Assembly (NCBI GenBank): GCA_964406605.1
Contig: CAYOSF010000005.1
Location: 34,076-98,075, forward strand
Origin: an uncultured Dehalococcoidia bacterium
GTDB lineage: Bacteria > Chloroflexota > Dehalococcoidia > DSTF01 > RBG-16-68-14
Direction of reading: 5' to 3'
Length of the DNA: 64,000 nucleotides
Shown here: in pieces, positions 56,717-64,000 of the stretch
Numbering within the stretch: the stretch's first letter is position 1
Layout of the letters: each line of letters starts with the position of its first letter
The notes under the pieces: generated by a model
Told to the model about the DNA's origin: nothing
The model's database searches: none
What the model saw: only the letters and a program-made list of their open reading frames with translations
Program-made: the position numbers and the translations under genes

Positions 56717-57832
56717 ATGGACAGGAACGAGCTCCAGTACTGGGTAGCGTTCGGACGCGTGCCACACATCGGGAGGGCGCGCTTCTCGCTATTGGAAGGG
56801 CACTTCGGATGCCTGGAGGATGCCTGGAAGGCCAGTCCGGCCGCCATTCAAGGAGCGGGACTGACCGGCGCGGCTCTCTCGGCCGTGCTCGCCGCCCGCG
56901 ACAGTATCTCGCCTGCGGAGGAGCTGGAGAAGCTGGACCGGCTGGGCGTGCGGGTGCTGACCTGGCACGATGAGGCGTACCCCGCGCGGCTCAAGGAGAT
57001 CTATGACAGGCCTCCTTTGCTCTACGTGCGCGGGCAGTTCACCGCGGCCGACGAGTGGGCCGTGGCCATGGTTGGAACCCGGCGGGCGACGGTGTACGGC
57101 CGACAGGCGGCGGAGGATCTCTCGGACGGACTGGCGCGCAACGGCGTGACCGTGGTGAGCGGGCTGGCCCGCGGGATCGATTCGCTCTCGCACCGGGCGG
57201 CCCTGGCAGCCGGGGGGAGGAGCATCGCCTGCCTTGCCTGCGGCCTGGACATGGTCTATCCGCCGGAGAACCTGAAGCTGGCGCATGAAGTGATGGAGCA
57301 CGGGGCCCTGGTGAGCGACTACGCGCTCGGCATCCAGCCTCGGAGCGAGTACTTTCCGCGGCGCAACCGGATCATGGTGGGCCTCAGTCTCGGCGTGCTC
57401 GTGGTCGAGGGTGACCTCAGGAGCGGGGCCCTGATCACAGCCCGGCAGGCGTTGGACGAGAATAGAGAGGTGTTCGCGGTGCCGGGCAGCATCTACGCGC
57501 CTACCTTCCGGGGAACGAACTGGCTCATTCAGGCGGGCCAGGCGAAGCTGGTGACGCGAGTGGAGGACGTGTTGGAGGAGCTGAACCTGACTATGGCGGT
57601 CCACCAGATGGAGGCGAAGGAGCTGCTGCCGGTCGACGACACGGAGGCGCGCCTATTGCGGCATCTCTCATCGGAGCCGATACATATCGACGAAGTGCGC
57701 CGCGAGAGCGGCATGGCCATCGCCGCCGTGAGCAGCGGCCTGGCGATGCTCGAGCTGAAGGGCATGGTGCGGCAGGTGGGGAACATGAGCTACGTGAAGG
57801 CGCGAGAGGAGCGCGCCGCCTACAAGGCATAG
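56717..57832 (+). CDS. dprA: DNA-processing protein DprA (Smf)
   Basis: ..GTRRATVYG.. and ..VVSGLARGIDS.. Rossmann-like DprA signatures; start at MDRNELQ (track M1 lies inside the promoter). Confidence 0.7.
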   Translation: MDRNELQYWVAFGRVPHIGRARFSLLEGHFGCLEDAWKASPAAIQGAGLTGAALSAVLAARDSISPAEELEKLDRLGVRVLTWHDEAYPARLKEIYDRPPLLYVRGQFTAADEWAVAMVGTRRATVYGRQAAEDLSDGLARNGVTVVSGLARGIDSLSHRAALAAGGRSIACLACGLDMVYPPENLKLAHEVMEHGALVSDYALGIQPRSEYFPRRNRIMVGLSLGVLVVEGDLRSGALITARQALDENREVFAVPGSIYAPTFRGTNWLIQAGQAKLVTRVEDVLEELNLTMAVHQMEAKELLPVDDTEARLLRHLSSEPIHIDEVRRESGMAIAAVSSGLAMLELKGMVRQVGNMSYVKAREERAAYKA

Positions 57833-57835
57833 GAT

Positions 57836-60184
57836 ATGACGAAACGAAGCAAGCGCGGCAAGAAGAGTCTGGTCATAGTCGAATCCCCGGCGAAGGCACG
57901 CACTCTCGCCGGCATCCTGGGGCCGGAGTACGACATTCGCGCCTCCATCGGGCACGTTCGTGATCTGCCGAAGAGCCGCCTGGGCGTCGACATTGAAGGT
58001 GGCTTCGCGCCGGACTATCTCATCCCGAAGGAGAAGCGGGCGGTGGTGCAGAAGATCCGCAAAGCAGCGGACCAGGCGGATGAGATCTACCTGGCGACCG
58101 ACCCTGATCGGGAGGGAGAGGCCATCTCCTGGCATCTGGTTGAGGCCACGGAGCTACAGAACCGGCCCCACCAGCGCGTGGTCTTCCACGAGATCACGCC
58201 GGAAGCCGTGCGCGCGGCATTCGAGCACCCGCGGCCCGTAGACCACCGGCTGGTCGACGCCCAGCAGGCGCGCCGAGTGCTCGACCGACTGGTCGGCTAT
58301 CCGATCAGCAAGATCTTGTGGAAGAAGATTCGCCGGGGCCTTTCGGCCGGAAGGGTGCAATCCGTGGCTCTACGCATGGTGGTCGAACGGGAGCGCGAGA
58401 TTGAGGGGTTTGTGCCTCGGGAGTACTGGACCATAGACGTCGACCTGGCAAAGGCCGCGGAGACGGATGCGGCCGTTCCCGGCGGAACCTCTCCGGCGTT
58501 CGTTGCCGAGCTTGAGAGCGACGGCGACGTCTTCAGGGCACGCCTGGTCGGCCTCGCGGGCAAGAAGAAGGTGGAGATCTCAAGCGCGGAAGAGGCGGAC
58601 CGTCTCACAGCGCTGCTGCGATCGGCCGCGTACCGCGTGGCCGACGTGAAGCAGAAGCCTCAACTGAGGAGGCCGCGACCGCCGTTCACCACCAGCACCC
58701 TGCAGCAGGAGGCATCGCGCCGCTTCGGTTTCGCGGCCAGGCGCACGATGGCGCTGGCGCAGCAGTTGTACGAGGGGCTTGAGCTTCCTGGTGAGGGACA
58801 GGTGGGCCTGATCACCTATATGCGCACGGACTCCACCAACATCGCCGACTCGGCGAAGAAGGAGGCGCGGGCGTACATCACCAGGCGCTTCGGAGGGGAT
58901 TTCGTACCATCGGCTCCGCGGACGTACAGGACCAAAAGCAAACGGGCGCAGGAAGCCCACGAGGCGATCCGGCCGACGTCCGTGCTGCGTGATCCCGCGT
59001 CACTCCGAGGCAAGCTGAACCGGGACCAGATCCGGCTCTACACGCTGATCTGGCAGCGTTTCGTTTCTTGCCAGATGGCGGACGCCGTGTTCGACCAGAC
59101 CACGGTGGAGGTCGAGGCGCAGCCGGCCGATGGCTCCTCAACGCTGGCGTTGCGCGCCAGCGAGAGCGTTCTCCGGTTTCCCGGCTACCAGCAGCTCTAT
59201 CAGGAAATGCGCGACGAGGAAGGCGGAGAGCAGGAGAAAGCAAACGGCCTGCCGCCGCTGGCGTCGGGAGACTCGCTCCAGCCGGTCGGCTTCCTGCCGG
59301 AGCAGCATTTCACGGAGCCGCCGCCCCGGTACACGGAGGCCACTCTGGTGAAGGCGCTGGAGGAAAACGGAATCGGAAGGCCCAGCACCTACGCGCCCAC
59401 GCTTTCGACCATTCAGGAACGGGGCTACGTCAGCAAGGACGGACGGGCGCTGGTACCGGAGGAGCTCGGCTTCGTCGTGAACGACCTCCTGGTGCAGCAC
59501 TTCCCGGATGTGTTCGACGTGGGTTTCACGGCTGAGATGGAAGAGGAGCTGGATGAGATCGCGAGGGGAGAGGGGTCCTGGGTGCCGGTGGTACGGCGCT
59601 TCTACGAACCGCTGGAGGCGGCCCTCGAATCGGCCGAAGCCGCGCCGCGCGTCGAAGAGACCACGGACGAGGTCTGTGAGAAGTGTGGCCGCCCGATGGT
59701 GAAGCGCTGGGGGCGTTTCGGCCGGTTCCTCGCCTGCTCCGGATTCCCGGAGTGTCGCAACACGCGTCCGCTGGAGGGGAATGACGCCGGCGGTGAGTCC
59801 ACCAACGAGACCTGTGACGTCTGCGGCGCGCCGATGACCATGCGCGACGGACGCTACGGCCGCTTTCTCGCCTGTTCGCGCTATCCGGAGTGCAGAGGGA
59901 CGAAGACGATCATGAACAAGGTGGGCGTCGACTGTCCCAAGTGCCACGGCGAGATCGTCGAACGGCGCACACGCAGGCGGCGTACGTTCTACGGTTGCTC
60001 GCGCTACCCGGAATGCGATTTCACAAGCTGGGCGCGCCCGCTGCCCGATCCGTGCCCGCAGTGCGGCGGTCTGCTGGTCGTTGCCGGCCGCGCTCGCCGG
60101 GGCGGCCGGCAGCCGGGGCGCTGCACGCGGTGCGATTGGAAGGGTACCCTGGGCGAACGAGAGCTGGCGGAGGCGACGGCGTAG
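57836..60184 (+). CDS. topA: DNA topoisomerase I with C-terminal zinc-ribbon repeats
   Basis: TOPRIM ..LVIVESPAKA.., catalytic region, four C4 zinc ribbons (CEKCGRPM.., CDVCGAPM.., CPKCHGE.., CPQCGG..). Confidence 0.9.
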   Translation: MTKRSKRGKKSLVIVESPAKARTLAGILGPEYDIRASIGHVRDLPKSRLGVDIEGGFAPDYLIPKEKRAVVQKIRKAADQADEIYLATDPDREGEAISWHLVEATELQNRPHQRVVFHEITPEAVRAAFEHPRPVDHRLVDAQQARRVLDRLVGYPISKILWKKIRRGLSAGRVQSVALRMVVEREREIEGFVPREYWTIDVDLAKAAETDAAVPGGTSPAFVAELESDGDVFRARLVGLAGKKKVEISSAEEADRLTALLRSAAYRVADVKQKPQLRRPRPPFTTSTLQQEASRRFGFAARRTMALAQQLYEGLELPGEGQVGLITYMRTDSTNIADSAKKEARAYITRRFGGDFVPSAPRTYRTKSKRAQEAHEAIRPTSVLRDPASLRGKLNRDQIRLYTLIWQRFVSCQMADAVFDQTTVEVEAQPADGSSTLALRASESVLRFPGYQQLYQEMRDEEGGEQEKANGLPPLASGDSLQPVGFLPEQHFTEPPPRYTEATLVKALEENGIGRPSTYAPTLSTIQERGYVSKDGRALVPEELGFVVNDLLVQHFPDVFDVGFTAEMEEELDEIARGEGSWVPVVRRFYEPLEAALESAEAAPRVEETTDEVCEKCGRPMVKRWGRFGRFLACSGFPECRNTRPLEGNDAGGESTNETCDVCGAPMTMRDGRYGRFLACSRYPECRGTKTIMNKVGVDCPKCHGEIVERRTRRRRTFYGCSRYPECDFTSWARPLPDPCPQCGGLLVVAGRARRGGRQPGRCTRCDWKGTLGERELAEATA

Positions 60185-60189
60185 GAGAC

Positions 60190-61155
60190 ATGGCGACGGC
60201 GGCTACGGAGGGCCGCGCCGAACTCATCGAGGCCGAAAGGCTAATGGATGCCTATCTCTCCTCATTACGGGCGCGGCGGAACCTTTCCCAATACACGCTG
60301 CGGAACTACGCGACCGACCTGCGCCACTTCTTTGGCTTCTTGGAGGAGCGTGGGGCCGGCGTAGGCTCCGTGGACCGGCTGCTGATCCGGGAGTACCTCT
60401 CGGCGCTCGTCTCGGCGGGCCTTGCCTCCGCCAGCGTGACCCGCAAGGTGAGTACGCTGCGATCGTTCTACCGGCACCTGCGAGACGAGGAGATCCTGGA
60501 GGCCGATCCGATGCTCGGCGTGCGCGGTCCTCGGCGGGAGAGGCGCCTTCCGGCGTACCTGACCCGCGAGCAGATCGACACCCTTATCGCCGCGGCCGAC
60601 AGGACAACGCCCCAGGGGCTGCGCGACCGCGCGATCGTTGAGCTGCTGTACGCGTCCGGGCTGCGGGTGAGCGAGGTCGTCGGGATAGACGTGGCGGGCG
60701 TGAGTTTGGATGAACGTACCGTTCGTGTGCTGGGCAAGGGCTCACGCGAGCGGTTGGTCCTGATGGGATGGCCGGCCTCCCGGGCGGTGGCGCGGTACTT
60801 GGACGAGGGACGACCCAGGCTGGCTCAGCGCGTGGAGCAAGCGCTGTTCCTGAACCGCGACGGCGGGCGACTGTCGCAGCGGGCGGTGCAAATCATCGTA
60901 CGGAAGTGCGCCTTGGCGGCCGGCCTGGACCGGACCGTGCACCCGCACCTCCTGCGCCACACCTTCGCCACCCACATGCTGGACGGCGGGGCGGAGATCC
61001 GAGTCGTGCAGACGCTGCTGGGGCACGCGGACGTGAACACGACGCAGATCTACACGCACGTCTCGGAGGCGGCCAAGCGCCGCGCGATCGATGAGGCGCT
61101 GGACGGCATCGCCCGTATCGAAGAAGAGCGGCGGAAGTCGCGAGGGGGCGGCTAG
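60190..61155 (+). CDS. xerD: tyrosine recombinase XerC/XerD family
   Basis: ..RHTFATHML.. and ..LLGHADVNTTQIYTHV.. catalytic motifs; AGGAG SD. Confidence 0.8.
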   Translation: MATAATEGRAELIEAERLMDAYLSSLRARRNLSQYTLRNYATDLRHFFGFLEERGAGVGSVDRLLIREYLSALVSAGLASASVTRKVSTLRSFYRHLRDEEILEADPMLGVRGPRRERRLPAYLTREQIDTLIAAADRTTPQGLRDRAIVELLYASGLRVSEVVGIDVAGVSLDERTVRVLGKGSRERLVLMGWPASRAVARYLDEGRPRLAQRVEQALFLNRDGGRLSQRAVQIIVRKCALAAGLDRTVHPHLLRHTFATHMLDGGAEIRVVQTLLGHADVNTTQIYTHVSEAAKRRAIDEALDGIARIEEERRKSRGGG

Positions 61156-61168
61156 CCGTCTTCTCGTC

Positions 61169-61197
61169 TGGACACAGTGGTTGCCCTCCGCTACCAT
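61169..61197 (+). promoter_or_regulatory. putative promoter for rpsT (TGGACA-17-TACCAT)
   Basis: Read directly about 50 nt upstream of rpsT GTG start; AAGGAGA SD follows. Confidence 0.3.
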
Positions 61198-61245
61198 GCC
61201 ACTGTCGCCCGTCAGGCGGCCTAGGTTCTGAAGGAGACCGTATCT

Positions 61246-61521
61246 GTGGCCCACTCGCTCTCAGCCAGCAAACGGCACCGCCAATCGCTCCGCCGGCGCG
61301 AGCGCAACCGCGTTCGCCGGAGCGCAGCCCGCAGCGCCATACGGGAAGCGCGCGAGAACATCGCAGGAGGCGACCAGGAACAGGCTGCGGCTGCCGTGCG
61401 CCGAGCGGTCTCCGTCCTGGACCGGACGGCCCGCAAGGGTGTCATCCATGCCAACAACGCCGCTCGCCGGAAGTCTCGTCTCATGCGCCGGTTCAATGGC
61501 CTGGCGGCCGCCGAGCAGTAG
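61246..61521 (+). CDS. rpsT: 30S ribosomal protein S20
   Basis: ..SASKRHRQSLRRRERN.. and ..KGVIHANNAARRKSRL.. typical S20; GTG start. Confidence 0.8.
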   Translation: MAHSLSASKRHRQSLRRRERNRVRRSAARSAIREARENIAGGDQEQAAAAVRRAVSVLDRTARKGVIHANNAARRKSRLMRRFNGLAAAEQ

Positions 61522-61644
61522 ACGCGCCCTGACAAGCTCCGCGCACTTTTCGAAGCCCCATTGTGTCTTGCCCGCTTCGCGGCGGGAGGCCCCGCAAGCA
61601 GGAGACAGATCCCGTCCAGCGAGCGTCCGGCGTGGAGGGAGCGC

Positions 61645-62688
61645 TTGAGAGCCCTCATCTTCCATGAGCCCGGCCGCATCAGCGTAGAGGACGTGCCCAA
61701 GCCGTCGGCCGGGCCCGGCGAGGTGCTCGTGCGCGTCGGCGCCACGGCTGTCTGTCACTCGGACATACGCGTCTATCGAGGTCAGAAGCATGCCCGCCCC
61801 GGCGTCATCCCCGGCCATGAGGTGGCGGGCGTGGTTGAGGAGGTCGGCCCTGGGGTCTCCGGGCCGGTCGCGGGCGACCGGGTGGTGGTCTGCCCGATCG
61901 TGGCCTGCGGGAACTGCGTCTTCTGCCTCTCCGGCCGCCGCCACCGCTGTCCGGAACGCCGGACCCTGGGCTATGACGAGAACGGCGGATTGGCCGAGTA
62001 CATGGTGGCGCCGGCGGCCCTGGTGGCGCTTGGGCATGTGCTTCCGGCTCCGCCCGGCCTCTCGACGGAACGGGCGTGTTTGACCGAGCCGGTGGCGTGC
62101 GTGTTGAACTCGCTGGAGACCTGCGGGCTCACGGCCGGGCTCAGCCTCGCGATCGTGGGCGCGGGGCCCATGGGCCTCATTCACCTGCTGCTGGCCCGGT
62201 TCATGGGAATCGGTCCGATCATCGTCAGTGAGCCGGACGAGGAGCGCGCCCGGACGGCCCGGCGATGGGGTGCGACCGAGGTCATCGACCCGCGCCGTGG
62301 GGAGTTGCCTGAGGCTGTCCTAAGCCGGACCGGCGGGCTGGGGGCCGACGCCGTGGTGGTAACCACCGGCGCGCCGGACGTTCTGCAGCAGAGCATAGCA
62401 TCGGCAAGACGGCAGGGGGTGGTGAACCTGTTCGCCGGCTTCCCGCCCGACACCAGCGTTCCCTTCGACCCCAACGCAATACACTACGGCGAGGTACGCC
62501 TCACCGGCAGCCAGAACGCCTCGCCGGACCAGTACCGGCGGACCCTTCGATTGCTGCCACGTCTCTCCGAGATCGACGGGATCAGCACTCATCGCTTTCC
62601 GCTGGACGAGGCTGCGGAGGCCTACAACGTACGCCTGCGCAACGAGGGACTCAAGTCAATCGTGGTTGTGTCGGAGGAAGGTTCGTAA
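61645..62688 (+). CDS. zinc-binding alcohol/polyol dehydrogenase (MDR family, threonine/sorbitol dehydrogenase-like)
   Basis: ..AVCHSDIRV.., GHEVAGVV, CGNCVFCLSGRRHRC structural zinc site, GAGPMGL; probable TTG start (MRALIFHEPG) after GGAGGGAG SD. Confidence 0.6.
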   Translation: MRALIFHEPGRISVEDVPKPSAGPGEVLVRVGATAVCHSDIRVYRGQKHARPGVIPGHEVAGVVEEVGPGVSGPVAGDRVVVCPIVACGNCVFCLSGRRHRCPERRTLGYDENGGLAEYMVAPAALVALGHVLPAPPGLSTERACLTEPVACVLNSLETCGLTAGLSLAIVGAGPMGLIHLLLARFMGIGPIIVSEPDEERARTARRWGATEVIDPRRGELPEAVLSRTGGLGADAVVVTTGAPDVLQQSIASARRQGVVNLFAGFPPDTSVPFDPNAIHYGEVRLTGSQNASPDQYRRTLRLLPRLSEIDGISTHRFPLDEAAEAYNVRLRNEGLKSIVVVSEEGS

Positions 62689-62711
62689 CGCCGACGCCCG
62701 GCGCGCCGAGC

Positions 62712-64000
62712 CTACCCGCCCCCCAGGTCGGCGGCAAACTCCCGCATCTGTGTATCCGCTCCCAGGATGATCAGGATGTCGGAATTCTCCACCGTGCTCA
62801 GTTCGCGGTCCTGGGGCTCGGCTTGGCGCACTTGGTCGGGCGGGACGGCGAGCAGGCTCGTCAGCTTTTCCACCGTGTAGTCCTTGCCGGAGAAGTCGAT
62901 GAGCACTGTACGCGGGCGGATGGTCCCGTCCACCGTGTTGGCGGCGGTCAGTGAGTCGGACGAAAAGCCGAACTCGGTGAGGTACTCGACCGCCTGGGTC
63001 GCCAGGCCGTCGGTACCGCTGCCGTTCTGTATCTCCACCACGGCCGCCTCCTCGGCAAGCCGTTGGTCGACGAAGAGGGCCTCGACGAGCTGCTGGACCA
63101 TGTCCTTGTCCGCAATGAGAACGTCCTCGCCATACGGCGTGACATAGTCGACGGTGGCGGCGCCCAGGGAAAGGGCCGAGATCCGGGTGGTGTCGATCTG
63201 GGCGGCGAGCGCGGCGAAGCCGGGCGCCTGGAGATCGTTGACGTCGGTGTCGATCGCGTCCTTGTATTTCTCCCACAGGCCGGTCAGCTTGTCGATATCG
63301 AACAGGCCGCGTTCCAGAGCCTTGTCAATGGCCGCGAAGATCACCTGCTGCTGGCGCTGGATGCGTTCCAGATCACTTGAGTCGAAGCGCGTTCGCGAGT
63401 AGTCCAGTGCGGTCTGACCGTCCATGTGCTGCTGGCCCACCTCGAAGTGAAGCGGGTAGTAGTCGCCGGGAAGCTCGGTCCGCGAGTAGTACGGGTCGTC
63501 CACTTCTTTCTCGACGTAGATATCGATTCCCCCCAGCTCGTCGATGACGTCAATGAAGCCGGGGAAATCGATGATCACATAGTGGTCGATGGAGATGCCA
63601 AGGTTGTGGTTGATCACCTTGCTGATCAGGGCGGCGCCGCCACCCTCGTATCCCTGCAGTTCCCCGGTGGCGTAGGCGGTGTTCACCCTGCTCTCATAGA
63701 AGCCGCTGCCGTCGCGGAGAGGGATCTCCACCCACAGATCGCGCGGAATGCCCAAGATGCCTGCCGTCTTGCTGCGTGGGTCGACAGTGAGGACGAACAT
63801 GGTGTCCGTGCGGGTGGGCGCCTGTCCCTCTGTGGGCCGGCGGTCCAGGCCCATCACCAGGATGTTGATCGGTTCGTCGCTGCCTGCGCCGTCCTCCTCC
63901 ACTCCCGGCAGGGAACCGACGATGCCGCCGACGGAGATGCCCTGTCCGGGGAAGAAGAGCTCGTCGATGCGCGTGACAATGATCAACGCCAACCAGGACG
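62712..64000 (-). CDS. LytR-CpsA-Psr (LCP) family protein; 5' end beyond window
   Basis: ..INILVMGLDRR.. ..RTDTMFVL.. LCP core motifs; frame open to window edge. Confidence 0.6.
   Translation of the reverse strand, partial: SWLALIIVTRIDELFFPGQGISVGGIVGSLPGVEEDGAGSDEPINILVMGLDRRPTEGQAPTRTDTMFVLTVDPRSKTAGILGIPRDLWVEIPLRDGSGFYESRVNTAYATGELQGYEGGGAALISKVINHNLGISIDHYVIIDFPGFIDVIDELGGIDIYVEKEVDDPYYSRTELPGDYYPLHFEVGQQHMDGQTALDYSRTRFDSSDLERIQRQQQVIFAAIDKALERGLFDIDKLTGLWEKYKDAIDTDVNDLQAPGFAALAAQIDTTRISALSLGAATVDYVTPYGEDVLIADKDMVQQLVEALFVDQRLAEEAAVVEIQNGSGTDGLATQAVEYLTEFGFSSDSLTAANTVDGTIRPRTVLIDFSGKDYTVEKLTSLLAVPPDQVRQAEPQDRELSTVENSDILIILGADTQMREFAADLGGG

Noticed and set aside
1-64000. tRNA, rRNA, CRISPR arrays, IS elements/transposases
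   Set aside because: Scanned for T-loop GGTTCGA-type motifs, rRNA-like conserved stretches, regularly spaced direct repeats and transposase/integrase-like ORFs other than the chromosomal XerC/D; none found.

Overview
High-GC (about two-thirds G+C by eye) bacterial chromosomal window, densely coding on both strands. Gene content, frequent leaderless promoters and the AroK-AroB fusion suggest a Chloroflexota/Thermomicrobia-like or similar high-GC organism; this is a guess. I identify about 60 protein-coding genes and no tRNA, rRNA, CRISPR array or obvious mobile element. Core housekeeping genes: alaS, lysS, hisS, rel (RelA/SpoT), topA, dprA, xerC/D-type recombinase, rpsT, glmU, nagA/nagB. A long minus-strand operon runs ruvX-mltG-aroE-(2 hypotheticals)-aroC-(foreign-looking gene)-amidohydrolase-aroK/aroB fusion-small ORF-acyP. 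An AddA/AddB-type helicase-nuclease pair has an Fe-S 'iron staple' AddB. Left third of the window (about 0.5-16.3 kb) is an accessory-looking neighbourhood of small enzymes: NUDIX, PIG-L deacetylase, DinB, three SAM-methyltransferases, GNAT, URO-D-like, two VOC, EthD, ABM, hemerythrin, nitroreductase, and an alpha/beta-hydrolase-adenylyl cyclase fusion. It contains a tandem duplication of a 4Fe-4S ferredoxin-domain gene, next to what looks like a decayed FAD-oxidoreductase N-terminus, and a C-terminal cyclase gene remnant. Two segments have visibly lower GC than their surroundings. One is about 41.26-43.09 kb: about 680 nt non-coding, then a methyltransferase. The other is a single RlmJ-like gene at 47.68-48.45 kb wedged inside the aro operon. 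These are the best candidates for recently acquired or undescribed functions. Several genes (alaS, lysS, dprA) appear leaderless, with a -10 box 7-10 nt upstream of ATG; others carry strong GGAGG Shine-Dalgarno sites. Coordinates of starts were derived from the supplied ORF track by codon arithmetic; expect +/- a few codons uncertainty at starts.
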